Below, piece by piece: positions 50,901-62,570 of a stretch of 64,000 nt of DNA. Each line of letters begins with the position of its first letter. The first letter of the stretch is position 1. The notes beneath the pieces were generated by a model, which saw only the letters and a program-made list of their open reading frames with translations, had not been told where the DNA came from and did no database searches. The position numbers and the translations under genes are program-made. The stretch comes from Macrostomum hystrix (Eukaryota; Animalia; Platyhelminthes), in contig CATNEN010000037.1 in NCBI GenBank assembly GCA_950097015.1, positions 992,001-1,056,000 on the forward strand, written 5' to 3'.

Positions 50901-53900
50901 TCTCAACTCTTCCCAGGTCCTCAGATCGGTTCTCAACTCTTCCCAGGTCCTGAGATCAGTTCTCAACTCTTCCCAGGTCCTCAGATCGGTTCTCAACTCT
51001 TCCCAGGTCCTCAGATCGGGTCTCAACTCTTCCCAGGTCCTCAGATCAGTTCTCAACTCTTCCCAGGTCCTGAGATCAGTTCTCAACTCTTCCCAGGTCC
51101 TCAGATCGGTTCTCAACTCTTCCCAGGTCCTGAGATCAGTTCTCAACTCTTCCCAGGTCCTCAGATCGGTTCTCAACTCTTCCCAGGTCCTCAGATCGGT
51201 TCTCAACTCTTCCCAGGTCCTCAGATTGGGTCTCAACTCTTCCCAGGTCCTGAGATCAGTTCTCAACTCTTCCCAGGTCCTCAGATCGGTTCTCAACTCT
51301 TCCCAGGTCCTCAGATCGGGTCTCAACTCTTCCCAGGTCCTCAGATCAGTTCTCAACTCTTCCCAGGTCCTGAGATCAGTTCTCAACTCTTCCCAGGTCC
51401 TCAGATCGGTTCTCAACTCTTCCCAGGTCCTGAGATCAGTTCTCAACTCTTCCCAGGTCCTCAGATCGGTTCTCAACTCTTCCCAGGTCCTCAGATCGGT
51501 TCTCAACTCTTCCCAGGTCCTCAGATTGGGTCTCAACTCTTCCCAGGTCCTGAGATCAGTTCTCAACTCTTCCCAGGTCCTCAGATCGGGTCTCAACTCT
51601 TCCCAGGTCCTGAGATCAGTTCTCAACTCTTCCCAGGTCCTCAGATCGGTTCTCAACTCTTCCCAGGTCCTCAGATCGGTTCTCAACTCTTCCCAGGTCC
51701 TCAGATCAGTTCTCAACTCTTCCCAGGTCCTCAGATCGGGTCTCAACTCTTCCCAGGTCCTCAGATCGGGTCTCAACTCTTCCCAGGTCCTCAGATCGGT
51801 TCTCAACTCTTCCCAGGTCCTCAGATCGGGTCTCAACTCTTCCCAGGTCCTCAGATCGTTCCTGCCTGATCATTTTCTGTTTGCGACTGTGAACCTAATC
51901 AATATGGTCTCGCAACGGATTCGAGCTCTCGATCTCTGGCACTTTACCTTAGCGATGTTTCGCTCCAACTCGACAATGTCGGCGGCGTCCCCGGAGCTCA
52001 TATTCAGGCCGAACAAGCGCGCAATGTCGAGCAGAGAGTCGCTCAGTGCCTGAAGGTTAGCGGTTCGATTCTCGGCGTAGTCGTCTCTGAGCAGTAGGGT
52101 GTGCGGCTGGCTCAGGTGCACCGCCCGTCGCTTCGAGTTGAACGCGTCGACCATGACGCCAAGGCTGAAGAATGGCGGCATTTCCCAGTGGGCCACGGAG
52201 AAGGCGACTGCTCGGCGTAAGCCATCGCTCAGGTCCCAGCCACCGGATCTGTAGGCCTCCGAGGTGGCGTTGTAGGCCGACCATGGCCCGACCGGGGCCA
52301 GAAGGTCCAGGAGTGGCTGCACGCCGACGGCCTCGCGGGCGGTGTCGTTCATGCAGGACAGGTAGAGAGCGGCCGCGTTGGCCTCCAGCTCCGTCTCGAC
52401 GTCGGCGTTGGCGGCGAAGTAAGGCGAAGCGGACTCTAGACGATGAAAAAGAAAGTTTTTAATAGATGTGCTGGCCATGAGACGCAAAATCAGAAAGTTG
52501 AAACACGCTTAATCCGCTATGATCCCAAAACTGACCACGTTAATCGATTCTTATCCCTATATGCAAACATGCTAATCCTCTGATCCCAAAACTAAAACAT
52601 GCTAATCCTCTCTGATCCAAAACTAGAACATGCTAATCCGCTCTGATCCCTAGATGAAACCATGCTAATCCGCTCTGATCCCTAGATGAAACCATGCTAA
52701 TCCGCTCTGATCCCTAGATGAAACCATGCTAATCCGCTCTGATCCCTAGATGAAACCATGCTAATCCGCTCTGATCCCTAGATGAAACCATGCTAATCCG
52801 CTCTGATCCCTAGATGAAACCATGCTAATCCGCTCTGATCCCTAGATGAAACCATGCTAATCCGCTCTGATCCCTAGATGAAACCATGCTAATCCGCTCT
52901 GATCCCTAGATGAAACCATGCTAATCCGCTCTGATCCCTAGATGAAACCATGCTAATCCGCTCTGATCCTTGATGAAACCATGCTAATCCGCTCTGATCC
53001 CTAGATGAAACCATGCTAATCCGCTCTGATCCCTAGATGAAACCATGCTAATCCGCTCTGATCCCTAGATGAAACCATGCTAATCCGCTCTGATCCCTAG
53101 ATGAAACCATGCTAATCCGCTCTGATCCCTTGATGAAACCATGCTAATCTGCTCTGATCCCTAGATGAAACCATGCTAATCCGCTCTGATCCCTAGATGA
53201 AACCATGTTAATCCGCTCTGATCCCTAGATGAAACCATGCTAATCCACTCTGATCCCTAGATGAAACCATGCTAATCCGCTCTGATCCCTAGATGAAACC
53301 ATGCTAATCCGCTCTGATCCCTAGATGAAACCATGCTAATCCGCTCTGATCCCTAGATGAAACCATGCTAATCCACTCTGATCCCCAGCTTACCCAGCAG
53401 GCTGCGCAGCAGGATCTCGTTGGCGCTGGACTGCACGCTGAAGACATTCACCCGATGCCTGCCAGCCGGTATGGCCATTCGCTGGCGGAATGAGCCGCAG
53501 GCGAATTCGTAGAAATCATCGCACGGGTCCGCGGACTCGTTCATGTTGGACAGCAGCCGAGCTGTGAGCTGAACGCACACCGGATGCGTGCAGGTGTCTG
53601 CCAAATTGGAGTTATAAATAAATCCTAAAAAATGGGATCTCCGCTGCTAATTTGACCTAAATAAATGACTAGCAACTATTAAAAAGACTAGATCACAATA
53701 GTAACAAAACCTTAAATGAAGATTGGCACTTGAAGGGTTATTCATTTTGTAAGCCTCGTTTGTATTACGAGATAGTTAAAGAGCAAATCGAGGAGAAAAT
53801 CGTCAGATTCTACTATATGATAGGCAAAATAGCAGGGGCAAATGCCTCTGTCAATTAGCCCAGATGTCACTGCCTAAATCGACAGAGCAACAGCCGCCCG

Positions 53901-55019
53901 GCCCTTACTTGACAGCTATTTTCTTTTTAAATCGAAAGAAGAAGAGATCAAAGTCTTTAAAAGTCTTGAAACCGCCTACAGAGATGTTGCGAGATAGAGA
54001 AGAGACAAAAATAGAACAATTTAGCGTTTTCCCACATCCTCGTTAAGATTCCCTCGAAGGACATACACATAATTCAATTGATTGCCCCGCTAAAAACATG
54101 AAGAATAGGGACAGAGGCAGAAAAAATGACACAGAGGTCAAAAGAAAGGGACTGAGATAGTGGAAATGAGAAGGATAGAGAGGGTGAGAAAGCGAAGGAT
54201 AGATAGGGTGAGAATGAGAAGAATAGAGAGATTGAGAATGAGAAGGATAGAGAGGGTGAGAAAGCGAAGGATAGATAGGGTGAGAATGAGAATAATAGAT
54301 AGGGTGAGAATGAGAAGGATAGAGAGGGAGAGAATGAGAAGGATAGAGAGGGAGAGAATGAGAAGGATAGAGATGGTGAGAATTAGAAGGATAGAGAGGG
54401 TGAGATTTGGAAGGAGAGAGAGGGTGAAAATGAGAAGGATAGAGAGATTGAGAATGAAAAGGATAGATAGGGTGAGAATGAGAAGGATAGATAGGGTGAG
54501 AATGAGAAGGATAGATAGGGTGAGAATGAGAAGGAGAGAGAGGGTGAGAATGAGAAGGAGAGAGAGGGTGAGAATGAGAAGGATAGAGAGTCCACTTGAG
54601 TCCACTCGGTCACAAGTCTCAAGCGTTACCAGTGGGTTACAATCTGCCAGCAAGGCGATGTAATCAAGCAGGAATTCAGCTATTCATTCCTCACTATTAG
54701 GCCCAGTATTTGCGGCTGACGTGGATTCGGCCAACTGTCTTTGCGTGGCAGCCGCTGATGCATTAGCATTGTATAGCAGACAGGCCAGAACCAGCACAAT
54801 CATTGCCAGAACGCACACAGCGGTGAGAGCCACCTTCTCAAGGTAGCTGAGCTGCTTCAACAGCCTGGCTAGTCGACGCAGGACGCTGACAGAACCCGAG
54901 GCGGCGGTGACAGCGGCTGCCGAGTCTTCGCTGTGCGCTATGACCATCGGGCTGACTGGGCCATTTCCACAGCCGCTGACTCCGCTTGCTTTGTCCAGGT
55001 TCGGGCTAGTGTATTTCAT
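44936..55019 (-). CDS. M13 zinc metallopeptidase (neprilysin/ECE-like, type II membrane), 10 exons, 842 aa
   Basis: Exons 55019-54695, 53597-53394, 52435-51948, 50198-50055, 49392-49244, 48136-47671, 46564-46188, 46045-45943, 45336-45241, 45112-44936; total 2529 nt, all GT-AG, phases consistent. N-terminal TM, CTHPVC, PCDDFYEFACG, VNAYY, HEITHGFD, GESIADNGG, PHPP, terminal KCTVW*. Confidence 0.94.
45375..45605. repeat. 19-bp minisatellite (GCGAGACAAGTTCAAGGTC), ~12 copies, M13 intron 8
   Basis: Direct periodicity; lone unit again near 45745. Confidence 0.93.
46575..47520. repeat. 30-bp minisatellite (GGATCTGGGAAGATTTTAGACACAATCTAA / ...GACCACATCTGA), ~31 copies, M13 intron 6
   Basis: Direct periodicity. 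Confidence 0.97.
48240..49135. repeat. Purine-rich ~20-bp repeat (GAGAGAGGGAAAGGGGGGTT), M13 intron 5
   Basis: Strongly purine-biased + strand with higher-order repeated blocks. Confidence 0.93.
49415..50035. repeat. Two adjacent 33-bp minisatellite types sharing GGTGAGATTAG, M13 intron 4
   Basis: 11-aa periods LVRLDNRNCKI (+) and LTCLLQSLIPN (-). Confidence 0.9.
50290..51858. repeat. 30-bp minisatellite (TCCCAGGTCCTCAGATCGGTTCTCAACTCT), ~52 copies, M13 intron 3
   Basis: Exact periodicity; reverse complement is ~80% identical to an intron-6 unit. Confidence 0.97.
52600..53385. repeat. 32-bp minisatellite (ATGCTAATCCGCTCTGATCCCTAGATGAAACC), ~24 copies, M13 intron 2
   Basis: Period 32; abuts the donor at 53393. 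Confidence 0.97.
54160..54590. repeat. 24-bp GA-rich minisatellite (ATGAGAAGGATAGAGAGGGTGAGA), ~18 copies, M13 intron 1
   Basis: 8-aa period MRRIERVR. Confidence 0.93.
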
Positions 55020-56721
55020 TGTTTACTCTTTGTTTATATAATCCTTGTTGCTTCAAAAAATAGAGATTAGTTAGATAAGTAGGTTATATATTATAAGTGT
55101 CATGCCTGATATCGGAGGTGTGATTTGTGATATGAGAGTTGGGATGTGTGATTTCGGAAGTTTGATTTCTGATATCGATGGTGTGTGTGTGGATGGGTCA
55201 AATATTGGCTGCGATACACAATACTTCACATAGAAATATAATATGTCAAGAAAGGAAGTAATGTCAATCAACATCAACTAAATGCATAGCACAGTCAGGC
55301 AGCTAAATGACACTTGGCTGTTCGCTTGCTCTCTATAGTCAATTTTTTTTAGATCTACTCGTAGTTTAGTGAAACTATATTAGTCTATCAGAAGATACAA
55401 GATAGAAAAAAAGTTTTTTTCTGACTCTGATTACTTGCCAGTGTGCAATCAAAGCAGGACTGAAAACCTTCGCATGTGTTAATAAAAATTAATGATATAT
55501 CATTTCAGCAGGTGGTTGACTAAATTTGATACTCTAAAATACGATAAAGAAAGACGGAAAACATGTCTTGGTATAACATTTTTTGCCTTAGGAAATGATC
55601 TATTTACGAAAACATTATAGATCAGACAGAATTGCGTCCGTACGATCTTGATCAGTCGAAATAACAGCCCAAAATATATATTCTATCAATAAATCTTTGA
55701 GCGCTGAAATTAAAGTCATATCATACACTCCTGCTATTACCGGCGTTTATTTATTATACGTTAATTTATTTATTTTGTTTATTTGTATATTTATTTAAAA
55801 TATACTATGTATTTTGTGTTTTTTCTTCTGTCATTCGAGCAATTACTAGTTCCACATTTATTAAGTTGTGTTTTGGGTATGAAAAAGAAACCATGTTAAT
55901 GTAATAATGAAAAAAATTTTACACATTCTATTGGATGAAACATTTCTTTGTATTTTTTGTTAATATGAATGTGAATAGGAAAGTAAATTGTTGAAAGCCT
56001 CACAATATATCGACAAACTTAAAAAATCTCATTAGTAAAATGCAAAAATATATATTGTTAAAAATATCTAGTCTCAATATAAAGACTTAACGTATATATT
56101 TTAAGTTAATATTAATAATAGTAAATTAACACTATTCCGGCTAATAATGATTCGTGTTACATTAAGTTAACTTTGACTCATAATTCATAAATAAGCTTCC
56201 TAATACTTCAAAGCTCACTATAAATCTAAAATGGGATTTAAAATATTTTAAAGAAGTCACCTCTTTGCCACTTTAGCCACAAATTGACATTAACAAAAAA
56301 AGTGCAAAACTTTTCTACTATTGCTTTCTTTATTTTTATGTTGCTCGAAGATTGACAAATGATACACAAATTGATTAATAAATATTATAATAAGAATAGT
56401 CAAAAGATGAATCTGAATAACAATATTCAAAAGCTGAATAAAACTAAATGATTCAAAAGCAAAAGTCTATTTTAGACACTCTCATTCTAATTTTTTTAGC
56501 CCTGAACAGTAGAAACTTTTGAAATGGCAACACTTTAATTATCGTGTCACGCGTAACTTAAGAAATTGGCGCCATTCTCTGTTTTTAACTTAGGCTATTT
56601 TATTCTAAATACGTTTTTTCAACTGCTTTGAGCAAATTTTAAAGAAGTTTTCACGTCTGATTTTGTTTGAAATTGAAAATCCGGATTTGTTTAAAATTGA
56701 CGAGCTGAATTTACGGGTGCT

Positions 56722-56851
56722 GGTCATTTCGTCAACTGCCAGTTCGTCAACTTGATTGAGGAATTGACCAACATTTTAAGGTGGTCTCACTTGCAGTTGA
56801 CGAAATGACCAAGGTTTTAGATTGGTTCATTAGTCAGTTGACGAAATGACC
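56722..56851. repeat. Inverted/direct 17-mer cluster GGTCATTTCGTCAACTG / CAGTTGACGAAATGACC; possible terminal region of a DNA transposon
   Basis: Perfect copies at 56722 (+), 56794 (-), 56835 (-); ~670 bp upstream of the MULE ORF. Confidence 0.6.
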
Positions 56852-57164
56852 TGAGAATGTTAGTTACTTCGTCAAATGGCTAGCTACAGTTTGCAAATGT
56901 CATAACATGTACATAACATTACCTTTGTTATTATTACTTATTATCCGGAACGTTCTCTATTAGTTTGTGTACGTATGCAGCAAGCGTGCCGCTACAAAGG
57001 CAATAATCTTTCACGCTTTCTATCTTCCACTCTTCTTCTTCGACTACTTCTGAGTGAATGCAGGGAGAAAAGCTGGTAAAACATGGTAAGAGCCCATGCA
57101 GTGCGGCTTATTTTTAATTTACTCTGGCAATACCGAAGCTTGTCCACTCTAAACTGACTCCTCT

Positions 57165-57485
57165 CAATCCATCTTCGCACCCACCCCACAAACTGACAAC
57201 GTGCCCTGTCTCTGTAACTTGAACCAGGGCCCCTCGCGCTGACACCTTTTCTCTTAAGCTGACAACGTGCGCCCTGTCTCTTTTACTTAAACCAGCGCCC
57301 CTCGCGTTGACACATGTTCTCTCAATCCGTCTTCGCACCCACCCCCCAAACTGACAACGTGCCCTGTCTCTGTAACTTGAACCAGAGCCCCTCGTGCTGA
57401 CACCTGTTCTCTTAAGCTGACAACGTGCGCCCTGTCTCTTTTACTTGAACCAGCGCCCCTCGCGTTGACACGTTCTCTCAATCTC
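57165..57485. repeat. Tandem duplication of a ~165-bp unit with internal sub-repeats (CTGACAACGTG...CCCTGTCTC)
   Basis: Two diverged copies directly before the MULE ORF. Confidence 0.85.
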
Positions 57486-57523
57486 TCAATGCGAATTAGC
57501 ACCTTGTCTTATCCTCAACTATC

Positions 57524-58640
57524 ATGTCTCAACAACCCCACCAGCCAAACAAATCCGTATTCCCACCAGCCAGGTTTAAGTGCCCGGCTTCTGCCATTGA
57601 AGACAGTCAGGGCAACGTTCGAAGCGGCTAAGCGGCTAACATCTGCGAAGCACGAGTGCGTGAGGAAATGAAGCACCGATTGGTCGCCGAGATCAAGGAG
57701 GAGGCGAAGCGGCACTGCTTCAGATCGGCTGCAGCAATCGTGGAGGCGAAGTTGCTGGAGACCGGGGACATTGGCCCAGTGGTACCCGGCATCAATCAGC
57801 TGGTGCAAATTGCCAATCGGTCTCGTGAGGTTGGGCGCCCGCAGCCTCCAGTCGATCTCCAGTTTGCACTGGCCTTGGATCATCTGCCTCCGAATTTTCT
57901 CCGCAGCGATGTCCGAGTCGAAGGCTCAGGCAAGCGTCATCTGCTTCTTTACACATCCAACCAGATCGAGTTGCTCGTCTGCCGCAGTTTGTGGTTTCTG
58001 GACGGCACCTTCGATGTCGTTCATGCCGCATTCAAGCAGCTGTACTCGGTGCACTGCTACATCCGACAGGGAGCGACAATCAAGCAGGTTCCTCTGGCCT
58101 TCGCACTAATGTCAGGTAAGTCGGTAAATGACTACACTGCCGTCTTCTCTGCACTGAAACAGGGACTGGGCAACTCGACGCCGGAGGTCTGTGTCATGGA
58201 CTTCGAAGCTGCGGCATGGCAGGCTTTCGGTCCGTGTTTCCGGCTGCAAGGTTCCAGCGCTGCCTGTTTCACTTCGCGCAGGCGATATTTCGTCGCTTGC
58301 AGCACCTGGGCCTGCAGCAGGCCTATCTAACAGATCCTGGCACCCGCGACTTCGCGCTCCCCTACCTGCCGGCCGAGCACATGGGCGAGGGTCTGGCGCA
58401 GATCGTTGCTGGTGTGCACGCGCCACTGCTGCTGGACCTGGCCGAGTACGTGAGCGCAACCTGGCTGTCGAACCCGGTCCACGGAGTCCACGAAGTCAGT
58501 GTGTACGGCCAGTCAATACGTACCAACAACGAGGTCGAGGGCTGGCACCGGAGACTCAAGCAGCGGGCCGAGAGAGTGCAGTTGACGCTCTACCCACTTA
58601 TGCACCTGCTGCACATGGAGGCCAAGCTCTTGCACTGTAA
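57524..58640 (+). mobile_element. Disrupted Mutator/MULE transposase (pseudogene)
   Basis: DDE motifs WFLDGTF, VMDFE, CLFHFAQ, TNNEVEGWH; in-frame TAA at 57629 and a 1-nt frameshift near 58226 (ORFs 57656.. and 58216..). Confidence 0.88.
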
Positions 58641-60757
58641 ATTAGCATTCAACTTTGCGTTGCATCATACTGGATTTCATACGTATATAGTCTCAGCATC
58701 CCATACCGTACTCCCCCGATTTTATCATGTGCATCTTCATCACCGTCAGGACTCCATCTTCCGCTGGGGGACTGATGTAGTGACCTTAATTCGCGAAACT
58801 TCTGTACGATATTCAATTGACCTTCGAGAACATTCTATACAGTACGAAAACATCGATTTCTAGAAAATTCTTCGATACAGTACAAATTAAACTTCGCCAT
58901 TTTTCTCAGAATATTCCTTTAATTCCTTTAATAATTGCATTATTCACCATAAATTATTGCATATCTAACAGAAACTCCTCATGCGCTTGCATCTAATAAT
59001 AAATAGCTTAATTATATTTGTTTTACCGTACAGTATATTTCTAGAAACTTCCGGAAACACTAAAATACACTATAAATCTACTGCATCCGATCCAGCAATA
59101 ACCAACCCTTTCTGATCTCATACGAGACTCAACAAACAATACAAAAAACCCCGCCTAACTCTTAATTACTCGCGAACCCGCGACCAACAAAACTGCTACA
59201 ATCCGAATTTACTTTGTTCTCGTAGTATATTTGACACTTCTAGAGTACCAATAATGTACTGACTCATGTCATGCCAAAAATAGACAATAATCATAAAACA
59301 AAATCCGGTACAAAATTGAACTATTACTAACTATAAGACGATAAAAGACAAAAAGAGGCCGATTGGACAACTTATACTAGCATTTTGTTATCGTAGTAGT
59401 CCTTAAAAGATGCTTATATACTAAACAAGCAACACATAATTTAAGGAGCCATGTACTTTTGATATTTAATTTCCGCCAATGGCTTAGGAGAGCGTTTCAA
59501 AGTGCAATCTACACTCCAACGGCAGGCTGCAACGAATTAATTCATGCAATGCATTTTCGCCCGTTCAATTAATTCATAAGGTTAATTGTAATACAGAAAT
59601 AAAGCTTCAAAATTATAAAAACATTATCAGATCGCATCCGTTGTACACATACAAGTGAGCCTTAAAGCCTTAAGCTTTCTAGAAGTATAGAAATGGCGCC
59701 CAGTTATTCTAACAGATGGTCGACTGTAATTTTTCATTTAGTTTCCATCTACAATCGTACTTGGGCATTCTCAACTAATTCTCTGATCAACATCTTAAAA
59801 AACCTGCGCAAACCTACTATTAGTAGTATAGTTAGCACATAAAATACTAATTGTTATTTTTGGTCTTTTTTCCATCATACAATTTACGCTTCTGTTTTAG
59901 TGGTGCATTCAAAAACCACTGTAACTACGCTAAAGCAAGAGGGGAGACTCTTGTTTCCTAGAAAAATTTTGTAAGCCTGTTTTCGTCGAAAAAATACATT
60001 AGCGAGATTCCTCAATTTTTCTGACGACTTCTTTGATCGATTCGGCAAATTTTTAGCGCAGATTAAAAAGCGACTCATGCAAAAATGTTTCTATAATACT
60101 CGTACGTGAAGGAGATTAAAGTTTAAAACGAATTCCTAAATAAATGTAACATTTCCTATCTCGTTAGTCGATTTTTATACGATAATAGGCCCACAAAATA
60201 GGTCTTTTTATATGCCTTATATACTTCTACTTGAGTAGTTCTTGGTGTATTATAATCTGCGCTACTGATAGTATAGTAGCTATTCGGACACAATTATCGG
60301 CTCGTTCATTGTGCGCCAAAAAAGAACTCTCGAGAAATGTGCCAGAAATAGTTTAGTTTTCCTAATGCCTAATGACTTCCAACAATTTGCAGGCCAGTCC
60401 GTGTTTCAGCAATGGGAGGTTAAAGGTGGTGCTGAGGATGGAAAACCTGTCTGATTGAAAGCGACAGTTGCGAGAACAAAATGGATAGGATACAGACTGG
60501 ATTGTCATTTCGTTAGTAACTAAGCGGTGGAATTCTGCTAAAATTGTTCTAACGTTTGTTTTATCGAGCGACCCAATCCACGCTGATTGACTGCTGGCTT
60601 CGAGGCAACCTTCCTACCATTGGCTGCCGGAATTCCCTAGCCCTTTCCCCTAGCGTTTGGCCACCTTCAAAATTCCTTCTCTCCCAGAAAAAAAGTGAAT
60701 CCGCTCTCAGCATTAAGTCTCTTCAGTGCGAATCAGAGTACTCCCGATCTACTGAGC

Positions 60758-61929
60758 ATGGACGGCACGACGGCTGCGCAGCGGAGTCCGTCAGAATCCA
60801 GCAGAGGCCTGGTGCTTCGGTCTCAGCTGGTGGCCCTGCTGTCTCGCTCTACAGTGCACGGCATCTCCCACTCGGCCAGCTCGTCAAACCGCTACGAGCA
60901 GCTGTTCTGGCTCACCCTGGTGGTCTTGGGCGTCACTTCTTTCATTGGCAACCTGGTCTCTGTGGTGCAGCGCTACAACCAGTTCCCTGTGCTGACCGCC
61001 TACTATTCCAACGAGGAGAATTTCACCTGGCCGGACATTACCTTCTGCGACAATTCCCCAATCACGCTGGACAATGACACCGCCTTCGAATTGTTTCTCA
61101 ATCTGACTAACCAGTTGAGCGCCGATCGACGAGTACAGAACTTAAGCAGCCTGATGGACAAGCTGCACAACAACTCGCTAGGCATCGAGGCACTGAATGT
61201 CCTGGTCCGATCCATCACCCTGTCGACTATTGACAGTCACGTGTTTCAAGCTGACGACGCACTGCGAGTGATCTCCAGGATGGCCTTCTGCATGCAGAAG
61301 GAGAGCATCCAGACTGAGATCAACATGGACTCCATGTGCGAGCTCTTTGATGACTACGCGCCCTACTTCCATAGCAACAGCATCTCGCTGAGGTACCGTT
61401 GCGCCTGCTACACGCTGAAGCTGAACGACTTCATTTTCGAGAAGAAATTCAATGCCATTGATTCGCTACAGTTTTACCTCAAAGGCAATCACCTGACCTA
61501 CGTGAGGTTCAACTCGTCCAACTACCAATTTGGAGGCAGGGTGTACATTCACCTGCCCAACACGCTGCCAGAGGACGGCCATATGATAGAGACACCGCCA
61601 GGTGTGACAACCACAGTGCTGCTTGAGCAAAAGCGGCACCGACTCATTCCCAAGAAGAGCGACTGCCGCGAGACAGAGAAGACTGCTTATATTTACGACT
61701 TTGACTTGATGCACGCACGTCCTTACAACCTCAGCTACTTCCACTGCCACCAGATGCTGTCGCAGAGGTTATTCTACGAGAGATGCCGCTGCTTCAATCC
61801 GCACCTGATTGTTCCCAAGCTGGACAACCAACCGCCTGTGCTGTGCTTCAACTTGAGCGTGTACAATCAGGAGAAACTGGCTGAGAACCTCCGCTGTCTG
61901 GACCAAACTGCCACTCACTACCGGGACGA
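60758..61929 (+). CDS. DEG/ENaC (amiloride-sensitive) channel subunit, first coding exon; remainder not found in window
   Basis: STVHG pre-TM1 HG motif, TM1 LFWLTLVVLGVTSFIG, WPDITFCDNSP (FPxVTxC equivalent), CACYT, G..VYIH.P..LP, Cys-rich CHQ...CRC; donor GA|GTAAGG at 61929 (phase 2). No TM2 seen. Confidence 0.85.
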
Positions 61930-61949
61930 GTAAGGGCTTGTTGAGGGTT

Positions 61950-62570
61950 TGACCATAGAACTGATGTGGTTTCACCATGACCCAAGTCACACTGGCATAG
62001 AACTGGTGTGGTTTCACCGTGACCCAAGTCACACTGGCATATAACTGATGCGGTTTCACCATGACCCAAGTCACACTCGCATATAACTGGTGTGGTTTCA
62101 CCGTGACCCAAGTCACACTGGCATATAACTGATGCGGTTTCACCATGACCCAAGTCACACTCGCATATAACTGGTGTGGTTTCACCATGACCCAAGTCAC
62201 ACTCGCATAGAACTGATGTGGTTTCACCATGACCCAAGTCACACTGGCATAGAACTGGTGTGGTTTCACCATGACCCAAGTCACACTCGCATAGAACTGA
62301 TGTGGTTTCACCATGACCCAAGTCACACTGGCATAGAACTGGTGTGGTTTCACCATGACCCAAGTCACACTCGCATATAACTGGTGTGGTTTCACCGTGA
62401 CCCAAGTCACACTCGCATAGAACTGGTGTGGTTTCACCATGACCCAAGTCACACTCGCGTAGAACTGGTGTGGTTTCACCATGACCCAAGTCACACTCGC
62501 ATAGAACTGGTGTGGTTTCACCGTGACCCAAGTCACACTCGCATATAACTGGTGTGGTTTCACCATGACC
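61950..62570. repeat. 42-bp minisatellite (CATAGAACTGGTGTGGTTTCACCATGACCCAAGTCACACTCG), ~15 copies, DEG/ENaC intron
   Basis: 14-aa periodic ORFs; starts ~20 nt after the donor. Confidence 0.96.

Noticed and set aside
50250-52053. Three 527-565 aa ORFs (FPGPQIGSQL, LRTWEELRTD, SSQVLRSVLN repeats)
   Set aside because: Products of a stop-free 30-bp unit open in several frames, lying inside an intron with clean splice sites; not proteins.
2-62566. Other periodic ORFs (2..730, 21711..22496, 27650..28342, 39034..39624, 42292..43162, 46565..47470, 48166..49186, 54138..54663, 61769..62566)
   Set aside because: All coincide with tandem arrays and show period = unit length/3.
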